A stretch of 64,000 bases of DNA from an uncultured Gammaproteobacteria bacterium (GCA_963976285.1 CAXBJY010000008.1:14414-78413); one strand, 5' to 3'. Shown: positions 36,052 through 46,977, numbered from the stretch's first letter. Translations and numbers: made by a program. The notes: generated by a model from the letters alone, not told the origin.

Positions 36052-36660
36052 ATGGACATCAAGCTCACGGCGGTCCGCGCCGTCGTTTTCGATCTCGGTC
36101 GGGTGCTGATCGACATTCAACCGCGCCGCTGCCTCGCCCACTGGGCGCGGCACGCGAACGTGGCCGTCGAAGAACTCGAGCGCGCGTTCGTCCACGATGC
36201 CGAGTACGAGCGCTTCGAACGCGGCGAAATCACGTTCCGTGACTACGCCGCGCATCTGCGCGCGACGCTCGCCGTGAACCTGCCGGACGACGTGCTCGAA
36301 TACGGCTGGAACGCCCTGCTCGGCGACGCCTTGCCGCATGCGCGCGATGCGATTGCGGCGGCGACGGCGCGCTATCCGGGCTTCGTGTTCAGTAATTCGA
36401 ACCTGACCCATGAAACCGTCTGGCGTCGCACGCATGCCGAATTGCTCGCACCGCTGCAGCAGATTTTCGTGTCTTCCACACTCGGGTTGCGCAAACCCGA
36501 AGCGCGCGCTTACCGCGCCGTCGCCGACGCGATCGGCGTCGCACCGGACGCGATCTTGTTTTTCGACGACCTCGCGGAAAACGTCGCCGCGAGCCGCGCG
36601 GTCGGTTACCAGGCCGTCCATGTGCGTAGCGCGCGTGATATTCTCGACGTGTTTTGCTGA
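36052..36660 (+). CDS. HAD family hydrolase (HAD-IA)
   Basis: AVVFDLGRVLID (motif I DxG), …FVFSNSN…, …ILFFDDLAENVAASRAVGYQAV (motif III/IV). Confidence 0.75.
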   Translation: MDIKLTAVRAVVFDLGRVLIDIQPRRCLAHWARHANVAVEELERAFVHDAEYERFERGEITFRDYAAHLRATLAVNLPDDVLEYGWNALLGDALPHARDAIAAATARYPGFVFSNSNLTHETVWRRTHAELLAPLQQIFVSSTLGLRKPEARAYRAVADAIGVAPDAILFFDDLAENVAASRAVGYQAVHVRSARDILDVFC

Positions 36661-36684
36661 ACCGTCCCGGACCCCGAATTTTTC

Positions 36685-37473
36685 ATGAATGACCCTGCCA
36701 CGAACCCGAACCCGCGCATCCTGATCACGAACGACGACGGCATCCATGCGCCGGGGATCGCGGTACTGGAAACGATCGCGCGGGGATTTTCCGACGACAT
36801 CTGGGTCGTCGCCCCGGATCAGGAGCGCAGCGGTGCCGGGCATTCCGTCTCACTCGCGCATCCCGTGCGCATGCGCCAGCTCGATGAGCGACACTTCCAG
36901 GTGTCCGGCACACCGACGGACTGCGTGCTCATGGCCGTGTGCGAGATCCTGCGCGACGAGCGGCCGACGTATTTGCTGTCCGGCATCAACAGCGGCGCGA
37001 ACCTCGCCGAAGACGTGAGTTATTCCGGCACGATCGCGGCGGCGATGGAAGGCACGCTGCTCGGGATCCGCTCGCTCGCGATCAGCCAGTTACGCGGGCC
37101 CGACCGACAGGTGGATTTCGCCCCGTGCGAGCGCTACGCACCGGATCTGATCCGGCGCCTGCTGCATCTCGAACCGTGGCCGGCCGACTCACTCATTAAT
37201 ATCAATTTCCCGCATGCCGATCCGCACGCGATTTCGGGGGTGCGTCTGACGACGCAGGGCCAGCGGCCGCCCGGCTCGTTTTCCATCGCGCCGCGCACGG
37301 ACACGCGCGGTCAGCCGTATTACTGGGTGAACGTCGAATACACGGACGGCGCGAAGGAGCCGGACAGCGATCTGCACGCGATCGCGGAGGACGCGATCTC
37401 GGTGACGCCGATCAAGATGAATTACACGGATCGCGCCTGGCGTGAGGAATTGCGCGGCCTCTTCGACGCCTGA
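36685..37473 (+). CDS. surE: 5'/3'-nucleotidase SurE
   Basis: RILITNDDGIHAPGIAVLE…, GINSGANLAEDVSYSGTIAAAMEG… = SurE signature. Confidence 0.85.
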   Translation: MNDPATNPNPRILITNDDGIHAPGIAVLETIARGFSDDIWVVAPDQERSGAGHSVSLAHPVRMRQLDERHFQVSGTPTDCVLMAVCEILRDERPTYLLSGINSGANLAEDVSYSGTIAAAMEGTLLGIRSLAISQLRGPDRQVDFAPCERYAPDLIRRLLHLEPWPADSLININFPHADPHAISGVRLTTQGQRPPGSFSIAPRTDTRGQPYYWVNVEYTDGAKEPDSDLHAIAEDAISVTPIKMNYTDRAWREELRGLFDA

Positions 37474-37497
37474 GCGCGAGTCCGCGCTCGTGCGCGC

Positions 37498-38286
37498 TTA
37501 TTGCCGCGCGGTCGTCCCGCCGTCGATCGGCAACACGACGCCGTTGCAGTAACTCGCTTCGTCCGAGGCGAGATAGAGACAGCCGTAGGCCATTTCCTCG
37601 GGGGTGCCGGCGCGTTGCATCGGCGTGAGCACGTCGGCGACGGCCTTGTCGTCGAACAGGTTCATCACGGGGGAGATCATCGGCGTGTCGGTATAACCCG
37701 GACACACGCAATTCGAGCGGATCCCGTCCATCGCGTACGTTGCCGACATCGCGCGGGTCAGGTTGATCATCGCGCCCTTGCCGGCGCAGTACGTATGCGC
37801 CGTGGTCATGCCCTGAAAACCCGAGATACTCGCGACGTTCACGATCGAACCGGCACCCTGTTTTTGCATGATCGGGATCACGCCACGGCACATGTAGAAA
37901 CACGAGTCGAGGTTGATCGCCATCACCTCGGCCCAGTGCTCGGGGGTCGTGTTCGCGATGTCCTGCATCGACCCCGGACTCTGCTCCTGACCCCAGCTCC
38001 AGCCCACCCCGGCGGCATGCACGAGGATGTCGATGCGGCCATAAGCCTCCAGCGTCGCCGCGATGACCTTCTCGGCGCCAGCCAGGGTCGACAGATCACT
38101 CGCGACGACGAAGCCGTCGCCGCCCGCGGCGCGCGTTTGCGCCAGCGTGTCGTCGAGCGCGGACTGCGTCCGCGACACCCCGACCACCCGCGCACCTTCA
38201 CGGCCGAACAACACCATCGTCGCCTCGCCGATCCCCGTACCGGCGCCGGTAATGATCGCTACCTTGTCCTGAACCCGTCCGCTCAT
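37498..38286 (-). CDS. SDR family oxidoreductase
   Basis: KVAIITGAGTGIGEATMVLF, NVASISG, YCAGKGAMINLTRAMS (YxxxK). Confidence 0.8.
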   Translation of the reverse strand: MSGRVQDKVAIITGAGTGIGEATMVLFGREGARVVGVSRTQSALDDTLAQTRAAGGDGFVVASDLSTLAGAEKVIAATLEAYGRIDILVHAAGVGWSWGQEQSPGSMQDIANTTPEHWAEVMAINLDSCFYMCRGVIPIMQKQGAGSIVNVASISGFQGMTTAHTYCAGKGAMINLTRAMSATYAMDGIRSNCVCPGYTDTPMISPVMNLFDDKAVADVLTPMQRAGTPEEMAYGCLYLASDEASYCNGVVLPIDGGTTARQ

Positions 38287-38387
38287 ATCGCTTCCTCGCT
38301 CGCTCGCTGTGACCGCGGTGGCGCGCCTGCTGTGGCAGGTTCACGCGTGGTGGTTGTGCCGCGGTCGTTTGCAGATAAAATTGTATG

Positions 38388-38402
38388 ACAAAAATGTTTT
38401 GT
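38388..38402. promoter_or_regulatory. perfect palindrome ACAAAA-ATG-TTTTGT in the AT-rich SDR/GntR divergent intergenic region (candidate operator)
   Basis: Seen directly in sequence; roughly 70 nt upstream of the preferred GntR start and 100 nt from the divergent SDR start. Confidence 0.35.
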
Positions 38403-38471
38403 GATGCCCCGGATGACGTCTGCTACGCACGCCACACCATTGTGACTTCCTCATCAAAACGTGTCAGCCGC

Positions 38472-39131
38472 ATGAGTTCGCCCGACAGCGTCGCCGCGGC
38501 GCTGCTCGACGGCATCAAGACCGGGCGCTACGTGCCCGGCCAGCGACTCATCGAAGCGGATCTGACCGCCGAACTCGACGTCAGCCGCGGCCCCGTGCGC
38601 GAGGCGCTGAAACGGCTCGCCGCGGAAGGCGTCGTGCAGTTGATCCCGCATCGCGGCGCCTACATCCGCAAACTGACCCGGCGCGAAGTCATGGACATAC
38701 TCACGATCCAGGAAGTCCTCACCGGGCTCGCGGCGCGCCTCGCGGCCGAACAAATCGACATTGGCGGCAACCGCGACCGCTTCCGCAGCGCGTATGAAAA
38801 ACTCGTCGCGCTGCGCGACCTGCCGGACGCGGACGTCATGCTCGACGAGCGCGCGCGCTTCTACGAAACGCTCGTGACCCTGAGCGACAACCGCGAATTG
38901 TCGCGTTTCGTGCCGATCCCGCAGACAAACCTGCTGCGTACGCAGCTAAGCCACTACGCGGGCGCACGCGAACGCGCGCGCCAGTTCAAGGACTACGACA
39001 GCATCGCGAAGCACGTGCTCGCCGGCAACGGGCCGGGCGCGGAATCCGTCATGCAACGCCACATCCGCAACAGCCGCCTGAGTATCGATCGCCTCGGCGA
39101 CGAAGCGTTCGCGAACGCTGCGCTCGCCTGA
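38472..39131 (+). CDS. GntR family transcriptional regulator (FadR/FCD subfamily)
   Basis: Met 30 of track ORF 38385..39131. …GQRLIEADLTAELDVSRGPVREALKRLAAEGVVQLIPHRGAYIRK (GntR wHTH) + FCD-like C-terminal helical domain. Confidence 0.75.
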   Translation: MSSPDSVAAALLDGIKTGRYVPGQRLIEADLTAELDVSRGPVREALKRLAAEGVVQLIPHRGAYIRKLTRREVMDILTIQEVLTGLAARLAAEQIDIGGNRDRFRSAYEKLVALRDLPDADVMLDERARFYETLVTLSDNRELSRFVPIPQTNLLRTQLSHYAGARERARQFKDYDSIAKHVLAGNGPGAESVMQRHIRNSRLSIDRLGDEAFANAALA

Positions 39132-39219
39132 TCGGCGCTCGCACAACAACCGCGCGACATTCCGCACCGCCGGCAACCCGCACGGCTTGCCGGCGTCGCC
39201 GCGGATGCCGCGACCCGGC

Positions 39220-40512
39220 TCAGACGATCAGTACGGGCCGATCGCTGAATTCGCCGTCGACATCGAGCGGCAGCACGTGCGCATTACCGCCGCGTTTGCT
39301 CGGGGTGTCGTCGTATTCACGCAGCTCGAGCCGCGCGAGCTGATTGCGGTGCACTTCATCGGGACCGTCGGCGATACGAATCAGACGGGCGTTCGCATAG
39401 GCGAATGGCAGTCCGTAATCGGTCGTCACCCCGGCCGCGCCGAACGCCTGGATCGCCCAGTCGATCACCTGGCAGGCCATGTTCGGCACGACGACCTTGA
39501 TCATCGCGATTTCCTTGCGCGCGACCTTGTTGCCGACCGTGTCCATCATGTAGGCGGCCTTTAACGTCAACAGACGCGCCTGCTCGATCATGATCCGCGA
39601 TTCCGCGATGCGTTCCTGGGTGACGGTCTGCTCGGACACCGGCTTGCCGAACGCAACCCGCTGTTTCGTGCGCCGGCACATGCGCTCGAGCGCACGTTCG
39701 GCGGCACCGATCAGGCGCATGCAGTGGTGGATGCGACCGGGCCCGAGGCGGCCCTGGGCGATTTCGAAGCCGCGCCCCTCGCCGAGCAGCATGTTCGATA
39801 CCGGCACGCGGACGTTATCGAAATGCACTTCGGCATGGCCGTGCGGGGCGTCGTCGAAACCGAATACCGGCAGGATCCGTTTCATCTTGATCCCGGCCGT
39901 GTCCATCGGCACGAGCACCATCGATTGCTGTTCGTGACGGTTCGGGTTGTCGGGGTCGGTCTTGCCCATGACGATGAGAATCTTACAGCGCGGATCGGGC
40001 GCACCCGAGGTCCACCACTTGCGGCCATTGATCACATACTCATCGCCGTCGCGTTCGATGCTCGTTTCGATGTTCGTCGCGTCCGACGAGGCGACCTCGA
40101 TCTCCGTCATTGCGAACGCGGAGCGGATCTTGCCGTCGAGCAGCGGCTGCAACCAGTCGCGCTTGTGTTCTTCCGTGCCGTAACGCGCGATGACTTCCAT
40201 GTTGCCGGTGTCCGGGGCGGAACAATTGAACACTTCCGGCGCGAGCGGCGAACGACCCATTTCCTCGCACAGCGGCGCGTATTCGAGGTTCGTGAGACCG
40301 GCCCCGAGATCGCTCTCGGGCAGGAACAGGTTCCACAACCCGGCCGCTTTCGCTTTCTCTTTCAACTCCTCGAGCAGCGGGTACGGCGCCCAGCGATCGC
40401 CGTCGTCGATCTGCGCGAACATTTGCGCTTCGTTCGGATAGATGTGCTCGATCATGAACTCGCGCACTTGCGCGAGCAGTTGCTGGGTTTTGTCACTGTA
40501 CTCAAAGTTCAT
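39220..40512 (-). CDS. acyl-CoA dehydrogenase family protein
   Basis: Met 29 of track ORF, GGGGAGCG SD. …[39 protein letters not shown]… (ACAD middle-domain signature), C-terminal …[35 protein letters not shown]…. Confidence 0.85.
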   Translation of the reverse strand: MNFEYSDKTQQLLAQVREFMIEHIYPNEAQMFAQIDDGDRWAPYPLLEELKEKAKAAGLWNLFLPESDLGAGLTNLEYAPLCEEMGRSPLAPEVFNCSAPDTGNMEVIARYGTEEHKRDWLQPLLDGKIRSAFAMTEIEVASSDATNIETSIERDGDEYVINGRKWWTSGAPDPRCKILIVMGKTDPDNPNRHEQQSMVLVPMDTAGIKMKRILPVFGFDDAPHGHAEVHFDNVRVPVSNMLLGEGRGFEIAQGRLGPGRIHHCMRLIGAAERALERMCRRTKQRVAFGKPVSEQTVTQERIAESRIMIEQARLLTLKAAYMMDTVGNKVARKEIAMIKVVVPNMACQVIDWAIQAFGAAGVTTDYGLPFAYANARLIRIADGPDEVHRNQLARLELREYDDTPSKRGGNAHVLPLDVDGEFSDRPVLIV

Positions 40513-40547
40513 CGTTTCGCTCCCCCACGGGAATTTGCTCCCGGTTA

Positions 40548-41735
40548 TTACAATCGTTCGATCAATGTCGCGTTCGCCATGCCGCCGCTTTCGCACATCG
40601 TCTGCAGGCCATAACGGCCGTTCGTCTGTTCGAGTGCGCGGATCAGGTTCGCGGTGAGCCGGCCGCCGGACGCGCCGACCGGATGGCCGAGCGCGATCGC
40701 GCCGCCGAAGCGGTTCAGGCGTTCGGGATCGGTATTGAATTCCTTCTCCCAGGCCAGCGGCACCGACGCGAACGCTTCGTTCACCTCGTACGCATCAATC
40801 TGATCGAGGCTCAATCCCGCGCGTTCGAGCAGTTTACGGGTGGCCGGAATGATCCCGGTCAACATCATGATTGGATCGTCGCCACTGACCGCGAAATGCG
40901 TGACCGCCGCGCGCGCCTGCAGGCCGAGACGTTCCGCCATACCCGCTTCCATAACGAGCATCGCGCTCGCGCCATCCGTCACCTGGCTCGCGTTCCCGGC
41001 CGTCACGGACCAGTTGATGTCGGGGAAGCGCGCCGCCATGTCCGCGTTTTCGAACGCGGCTTTCAGCGTACCGAGCTTCTCCAGGGTCGAGTTCGCGCGG
41101 ATCCCCTCGTCGCGCGCGACGAGCACCGTCGTACCGTCGCGCGCCGTTTCAATCGGCGCAATATCGCGCGCCGCATCGGCGCGATCCGCTTCCGCGCGCT
41201 GATGCGAGCGCAGCGCAAAGCGATCCTGGGTTTCGCGGTCGAGCTGCCAGCGCGCCGCGATCAACTCCGCGGAAATGCCCTGGCGCACGAGCCCTTCGGG
41301 GTAGCGCGCGTGAAAGCGGCTGCCCTCGTTATCCTTGCCCATGCGGTTCACCCGCATCGGTACGACGGACATCATCTCGACCCCGCCGGCGATCACGGCG
41401 TCATACGCGCCCGCGATCACGCCCTGCGCCGCGAAGTCGAGCGCCTGCTGCGCGGAGCCGCATTTGCGGTCGAGCGTCACCGCCGGCACGGACTCCGGAA
41501 AACCGGCCGCGAGCACGGCCTGGCGTCCGATGTTGCCGGACTGTTCGGCCACCTGTATCACGCAACCGCTGATCACGTCGTCGACGATCGCCGGGTCGAT
41601 GCCCGTACGTTCAATCAACGCCGCGAGCACGTGCGCGTACAGGTTCACCGGGTGCAGGCTCGCGAGCGCGCCGTCTTCGCGCGCGCGGCCAAACGGCGAG
41701 CGCACGATATCGACAATCACGGCGCGGCGAGTCAT
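40548..41735 (-). CDS. acetyl-CoA C-acyltransferase (thiolase)
   Basis: …[13 protein letters not shown] (active-site Cys), …NEAFASV…, …[11 protein letters not shown]…[13 protein letters not shown] (C-terminal Cys/His signatures). Confidence 0.85.
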   Translation of the reverse strand: MTRRAVIVDIVRSPFGRAREDGALASLHPVNLYAHVLAALIERTGIDPAIVDDVISGCVIQVAEQSGNIGRQAVLAAGFPESVPAVTLDRKCGSAQQALDFAAQGVIAGAYDAVIAGGVEMMSVVPMRVNRMGKDNEGSRFHARYPEGLVRQGISAELIAARWQLDRETQDRFALRSHQRAEADRADAARDIAPIETARDGTTVLVARDEGIRANSTLEKLGTLKAAFENADMAARFPDINWSVTAGNASQVTDGASAMLVMEAGMAERLGLQARAAVTHFAVSGDDPIMMLTGIIPATRKLLERAGLSLDQIDAYEVNEAFASVPLAWEKEFNTDPERLNRFGGAIALGHPVGASGGRLTANLIRALEQTNGRYGLQTMCESGGMANATLIERL

Positions 41736-41783
41736 CGTCCGCGCCCCGAGGTGCCGCGCGCGGCGGCGGGTTGAATGGTTTGT

Positions 41784-43244
41784 TCAGGCATTTTTTCTCA
41801 GCGACAATTCGAGACCTTCCGTTTTCAGCTGCACGACCGGCGAGTTCGCGATGTTCATGAGCCGCCGCACCTGTTCGAGTTCGGGGCTCGACAGTAGCGG
41901 ATAGGTTTGTTTCACCGGGCCCGCGGCCCACATTTTCTTCAGATCGGCTTCCGGCACGAGCGCGCGCAGGATCAGTTCGTCGTCGTTGTCCGTGCCGTAT
42001 TGCTTGCGCAGATCCTCGATGCTCGGTTGCGGCGGCGGATTCGCCGCGACTTCCTTTGCCCGCGACGAGGACATGATCTTGTCGAGGATATTCGGATCGA
42101 TCGGCGCGGCCGGTTCGCCGTAGAACTTGCACGCATACTGCACGACCTCGTCCGGGACGACGGAGTAGCGCTCGCCGGTGACGATGTTCAGCACGGCTTG
42201 CGTACCGACGAGCTGGCTGAACGGGGTGGCCATGCCGGGATACCCGAGTTCGTGGCGCACGACGGCCGTTTCCGTCAGCACGTCGTCGAGACGATCCATC
42301 ATGTTCTGCTGCGCGAGCTGGGCCTTCAGGGTGCCGACCATGCCGCCCGGCACCTGGTGCTGGATCGACAGCACATCGTATTCCGCATACTGGTTCACGA
42401 GAAAACCCGCGGCCTTGCCCACTTGCTCGAAATGCCGGGAGACCGGCGGCACGAGGCTCATGTCGACATCGTGCGTGTGCCCGAGCAGTTCGAGATTGCG
42501 GGTCATGATTTCGACCGATGGCACGGACGGCCCGTTCGCCATCGGCCGCACGGCCGTGTGCAGGATCGTGACCCCGAGGTCGACGGCGTCGAGATAGGCT
42601 TTCGCGGATTGGCCGAGCAGGTTGTTCGAATGGAACTCGATCGGTTTGCCGCGCGATTTTTCGATGATCGCCGGCAGCAGGGTCGTCAGGCGTTCCTTCT
42701 CCAGCACCCCGGCCGTGTCGTAGAGCAGGATCGTGTCGATGTCGGGACACACGGACAATTTATCGGCCTTGTCGGCGTAGTACTCGTCCGTGTGCACGGG
42801 GCTCAAGGTGAACATGATCGCGCCGGCGACTTCGGAGCCGAACTCCTTCGCGACTTTCGCGAGGCGATGCGTCTTGTCGTTATTGAACAGCACGTCGTAG
42901 ACCCAGAAGCTGCGGCAGCCGTGCACGTTCAGTTGCCGCATCCACGCATCCATGAGCGCATCCGGGGTGACCCCGAACGTGACCGAGGCATTCGAGCGCA
43001 TGCCCGCGCGGATCGGGGTGCGCGGCATCGCCGCGGCCATCAGGTCGAGACCTTCCCACGGGTTTTCCTGGCAGTGCCGGATCATCACCTCGAACATGGA
43101 CGAGCCCGTCAGGTCGATCACGCGGTAGCCGCTGCGGTCGATCATCGGCGCCACGGGTAACGCCATGCCGGCCTGCATGCGCATTCCCCACAGACTCTGT
43201 TGTCCGTCGCGCATCGTTTCGTCGAGCAGTTCGATATGGGCCAT
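41784..43244 (-). CDS. 5S-type carboxyltransferase subunit (oxaloacetate decarboxylase alpha / pyruvate carboxylase B-subunit-like TIM barrel + conserved carboxylase domain; no biotinyl domain)
   Basis: ATG (aa 4 of track ORF) with AAGGAG SD 10 nt upstream. MAHIELLDETMRDGQQSLW (the RDxxQS motif of pyruvate carboxyltransferase domains). 5-nt gap to the upstream biotin carboxylase gene. Confidence 0.75.
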   Translation of the reverse strand: MAHIELLDETMRDGQQSLWGMRMQAGMALPVAPMIDRSGYRVIDLTGSSMFEVMIRHCQENPWEGLDLMAAAMPRTPIRAGMRSNASVTFGVTPDALMDAWMRQLNVHGCRSFWVYDVLFNNDKTHRLAKVAKEFGSEVAGAIMFTLSPVHTDEYYADKADKLSVCPDIDTILLYDTAGVLEKERLTTLLPAIIEKSRGKPIEFHSNNLLGQSAKAYLDAVDLGVTILHTAVRPMANGPSVPSVEIMTRNLELLGHTHDVDMSLVPPVSRHFEQVGKAAGFLVNQYAEYDVLSIQHQVPGGMVGTLKAQLAQQNMMDRLDDVLTETAVVRHELGYPGMATPFSQLVGTQAVLNIVTGERYSVVPDEVVQYACKFYGEPAAPIDPNILDKIMSSSRAKEVAANPPPQPSIEDLRKQYGTDNDDELILRALVPEADLKKMWAAGPVKQTYPLLSSPELEQVRRLMNIANSPVVQLKTEGLELSLRKNA

Positions 43245-43249
43245 TGCCG

Positions 43250-44617
43250 TCAAGCTCCTTCAGTTTGAAAGCCGCTGAGCACGCTTTGTTCGAGCCAGCG
43301 GGTAGAAATTTCGTTAGCCATAAAGTCCGGGTGTTTCACGATGTGCCGGAGCAGCGGCAGGTTCGTCACGATGCCGTCGATCGTGAATTCGTCGAGCGCC
43401 GCGGCGAGGCGTTCGACCGCGCTCGCGCGATCGTTCGCGGTGACGATCAGTTTGCCGATCATCGAGTCGTAGTACGGCGGTACGAGGTAGCCGTCGGCGC
43501 AGTGGCTGTCGACCCGGATCCCGGCGCCACGCGGCGGCTGCCACGACGTGATCCGGCCCGGGCTCGGGCGAAAATCGTGCGCCGCGTCCTCGGCGTTGAT
43601 GCGGCATTCGATCGAATGCCGGCTTACCGTGATCGCCGACTGATCGAAGCTCACGGGCTCGCCACCGGCAACCCTGAACTGCAGTTGCACGAGATCGGCG
43701 CCGGTCACCTGTTCGCTCACCGGATGCTCCACCTGGATCCGCGTATTCACCTCGATGAAGAACACTTCTTCATGGTCGACGTCGTAGAGAAACTCGACCG
43801 TGCCGGCATTGCGGTATTTCAGCTTCGACAGCAGGTTCACCGCGGCCGCATGCAGCTTGCCGCGCACGTGTTCCGGCATGATCGCGCACGGCGCTTCCTC
43901 GATCACCTTCTGGTAACGCCGCTGCGTGGAACAGTCTCGCTCACCGAAATGCACGACCTGCCCGGTGCCGTCGCCGAGCACTTGCACTTCGACGTGACGC
44001 GCATTGCCGACGAAGCGCTCCATATAGAGCGTGCCGTCGCCGAATGCTTCGAGCGCTTCGGTACTCGCCTTGTCGAACGACCCGGCGAGATCCGCCGGGG
44101 TGCGCGCGATGAACATGCCGCGCCCGCCGCCGCCGGCCGACGCTTTCATGACGACCGGATAGCCGATGTCCTCGGCCGCCCGTTGCGCGCTCTGCACATC
44201 GGCGATCGAATCCGTGCCGGGCACGAGCGGCACCCCGGCTTCGGCGGCGATCGCGCGCGCCCGCAGTTTGTCGCCGAGCGCGTCGATCACGTCCGCATCC
44301 GGCCCGACGAATGTGATGTCGTGCTCGCGGCACAGGTTCGCGAGCGACGCGCGCTCCGACAGGAAACCGTAGCCGGGATGCAGCGCGTCGCAGCCCGTTT
44401 GTTGCGCCGCGTGCAGCAGCAGTTTCGCCTCGAGATAACTCTGTTTCGATGGCGCCGGCCCGATCACGACCGCGCGATCGGCGAGACGCGCGGCGGCGCT
44501 GTCGCGATCCGCTGCGGATAACACCTGCACGGTTTCGATCCCGAGCGCCTGCGCGGCACGAATGATGCGCACGGCGATTTCGCCCCGGTTCGCGACGAGC
44601 ACCCGGTTTATCGGCAT
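43250..44617 (-). CDS. biotin carboxylase (ATP-grasp; AccC-like, 455 aa)
   Basis: MPINRVLVANRGEIAVRIIRAAQALGIETV…GYGFLSE…, glycine-rich loop GGGGRGM, typical BC. Confidence 0.85.
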   Translation of the reverse strand: MPINRVLVANRGEIAVRIIRAAQALGIETVQVLSAADRDSAAARLADRAVVIGPAPSKQSYLEAKLLLHAAQQTGCDALHPGYGFLSERASLANLCREHDITFVGPDADVIDALGDKLRARAIAAEAGVPLVPGTDSIADVQSAQRAAEDIGYPVVMKASAGGGGRGMFIARTPADLAGSFDKASTEALEAFGDGTLYMERFVGNARHVEVQVLGDGTGQVVHFGERDCSTQRRYQKVIEEAPCAIMPEHVRGKLHAAAVNLLSKLKYRNAGTVEFLYDVDHEEVFFIEVNTRIQVEHPVSEQVTGADLVQLQFRVAGGEPVSFDQSAITVSRHSIECRINAEDAAHDFRPSPGRITSWQPPRGAGIRVDSHCADGYLVPPYYDSMIGKLIVTANDRASAVERLAAALDEFTIDGIVTNLPLLRHIVKHPDFMANEISTRWLEQSVLSGFQTEGA

Positions 44618-44677
44618 GCGCGGATCACCCCGTGGGTTTCGCGGCGAACGTGCGTTGGTCGTCGTTGCTGCATCGGT

Positions 44678-45184
44678 TCAGGCGCCCGGTTCGATGATCA
44701 CGAGCAGTTGCCCGAACTCGACCATCTGCCCGTCTTCGATACAGATCTCGCGCACGACCCCGGCGGTCCCGGCGCTGACGGGGGTAAACAGTTTCATCAC
44801 CTCGATCAGGCACACTTCCGTGCCCGGCTCAACGGCCTGGCCCACTTCGACGTACGGTGGCGCACCGGGCTTCGGCGCGCGGTAGAACGTACCGAGGTTC
44901 GGCGCGGTGATCCCGATCATGCCGTCCGGCACCGTGGCGGCAGCACTCGCTGGAGCAGCCCCTGCAACGGGCGCCGGCTCACCCGGAGCGGCCGCGGGCG
45001 CGGTGGCAGCGGGCGGGGTCGCGGCGATGGCCGCCGGCGCGGCCGGCGCCGCCGGTCCGCTCGCTTGCGGATCGTTCGACAGGAAAATTTCCAGCCCGTC
45101 CGTCTTTACATACAGTTCGTCCCAGTCGGACTGGTTGAACAATTCGACCAGATTGTCGACGTCTCGCGGATCAGGATTGGCCAT
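44678..45184 (-). CDS. biotin carboxyl carrier protein (AccB-like) with Ala/Pro-rich linker
   Basis: C-terminal biotinyl domain …GTEVCLIEVMKLFTPVSAGTAGVVREI… (EVMKL in place of the canonical EAMKM biotinylation motif); long PAAPAAPAA linker. Confidence 0.75.
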   Translation of the reverse strand: MANPDPRDVDNLVELFNQSDWDELYVKTDGLEIFLSNDPQASGPAAPAAPAAIAATPPAATAPAAAPGEPAPVAGAAPASAAATVPDGMIGITAPNLGTFYRAPKPGAPPYVEVGQAVEPGTEVCLIEVMKLFTPVSAGTAGVVREICIEDGQMVEFGQLLVIIEPGA

Positions 45185-45218
45185 CGGGCACGGTCCTCGT
45201 CATCTGTGTTTGAGCGTT

Positions 45219-46967
45219 TCAGGTTTGTTCACGGTGCAGTGCATACAGCAAGACCGGCAGCACATGGCCGGCGACGATCTGTTGCACCCCGGCAGTCAGC
45301 GCGGCGTCGAGTCCGGCATCGCTTTCGAGCGCGCCACCGGTGACGCTCTTCGCCTCGCCGATCAGCGCACCGAGGCGTTCCGGATCTTCGCCGCCCTCGA
45401 GCGTGTTCAGGTCGAGCGTGTCCGGCGGCACCCCGTCGGCTTTCGCGATCACGCGCAGCGGACACAGGCGACTCGCCCATGCCGTCAGCGTCGCGAGCGC
45501 CGGATCGTCGAATTCGTTCGGGTGCACGACCGCGAGTTCGCCGTCGTAGACCTTGCCACTGATCCCGTCCACCGTAACCGTGCGCTCGGCGAGTTGGGCC
45601 ACGCTGCCCTCGCCGCAACCGACGATGCACGGCACCCCGAGCGCGCGGCTCACGACCGCCGCGTGGGACGTCGAACCGCCGTGATCGGTGACGACGGCGA
45701 CGCTCGCAATCATGCCGTGCACGTCTTCGGGACTCGTACTCGGCCGCGCCAGTACCACCGCCTCACCGGCGGCGGCGCGCGTTTCCGCCGCGTCCGCGTT
45801 CGTCACGACGACCCCGGCCCCGACACCCTGGCACGCCGGTTCACCGCTTGCGAGCACGGTGGCGGCATCGGCCGCGCCAGGCGCGAGGTGTGGCTGCAAT
45901 AATGTGCGCACCTGTTCGGCGGACACGCGCGACAGCGCCGTGGCTTCATCGATCAAACCGTCGGCGACGAGGTCGAGCGCAAAGCGCACGGCCGCGGCCG
46001 GCGCGCGCTTCGCGGCGCGTGACTGCAACAGGAACAACTGTCCCTGCTGCACCGTGAACTCGATGTCCTGTACGTCCGCGCCGTCGCGTTCGAGCACGGC
46101 GGCGGCGGCGAGCAGTTCGTCGTGCACCGCGGGCAGCGCCTCGCGCAGGCTCGACAGCGGCTCCGGCGTGAACTTGCCGGACACGACGTCTTCGCCCTGC
46201 GCGCGGTGCAGGTATTCCCCGTAAGGTTCGCGATCGCCGTTCAGCGGATTGCGACTGAACAGGACGCCGGTGCCGGAGTTGTCGTCGAGATTACCGAACA
46301 CCATCGCCTGGATCGTGACCGCGGTGCCGAGGTTCTCCGGCAGATTGTGATGCTTGCGGTAACGCCGCGCGCGGCGCGAATTGCACGAATCGAACACGGC
46401 CGTCACGGCGTCGTGCAACTGCTCGCGCGCGCCGTCGGGGACGGACTTGCCGGCGGCGCGCGCGATCTCCGCGAGCCAGCTGGCCGGCTCGGCATCGGCA
46501 GCGAGCGCCGGCACCGTCGCCTTCATGACGATCCCGGCATACAGTTCAAGGAAGCGGCGGTGCGTGTCGCGCGCGAACGCAGCGCTGCCGGACTGGGCCG
46601 CGAGCGCGGCTTCCGTGTCGGCGTTAATACCGAGATTCAGCACCGTGTCCATCATGCCCGGCATCGAGATCGCCGCGCCCGAACGCACCGACACGAGCAG
46701 CGGCGATCCGCCGTGACCGAACGTGCGGCCGCTCTGCGCTTCGAGCCAGGCGATCGCCGTGTCCAGTTCTTCGACGAGGCCGTCCGGCATGGCCCCCGTG
46801 TCGAGATAGGCGGCGCACGCCTCGGTTGTGACCACGACGGCCGGCGGCACGTTCAGGCCGAGTTCGCGCATGCGCGCGATCGACCACGCCTTGCCCCCGA
46901 TCAACTCGCGCGACGGCAGCGAGCTGCCATCGATCGTGACTATCCATTTTCCGCCTGGCGCCGTCAT
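45219..46967 (-). CDS. PPDK/PEP-synthase-like protein: N-terminal nucleotide-binding (ATP-grasp) domain + phosphohistidine swivel domain, lacking the C-terminal PEP/pyruvate TIM-barrel
   Basis: …LIGGKAWSIARM…PLLVSVRSGAAISMPGMMDTVLNLGIN… (PPDK_N signature); …VVTDHGGSTSHAAVVSRALGVPCIVG… (PEP-utilizers His domain). Confidence 0.7.
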   Translation of the reverse strand: MTAPGGKWIVTIDGSSLPSRELIGGKAWSIARMRELGLNVPPAVVVTTEACAAYLDTGAMPDGLVEELDTAIAWLEAQSGRTFGHGGSPLLVSVRSGAAISMPGMMDTVLNLGINADTEAALAAQSGSAAFARDTHRRFLELYAGIVMKATVPALAADAEPASWLAEIARAAGKSVPDGAREQLHDAVTAVFDSCNSRRARRYRKHHNLPENLGTAVTIQAMVFGNLDDNSGTGVLFSRNPLNGDREPYGEYLHRAQGEDVVSGKFTPEPLSSLREALPAVHDELLAAAAVLERDGADVQDIEFTVQQGQLFLLQSRAAKRAPAAAVRFALDLVADGLIDEATALSRVSAEQVRTLLQPHLAPGAADAATVLASGEPACQGVGAGVVVTNADAAETRAAAGEAVVLARPSTSPEDVHGMIASVAVVTDHGGSTSHAAVVSRALGVPCIVGCGEGSVAQLAERTVTVDGISGKVYDGELAVVHPNEFDDPALATLTAWASRLCPLRVIAKADGVPPDTLDLNTLEGGEDPERLGALIGEAKSVTGGALESDAGLDAALTAGVQQIVAGHVLPVLLYALHREQT

Positions 46968-46977
46968 GCTCCCGTTC

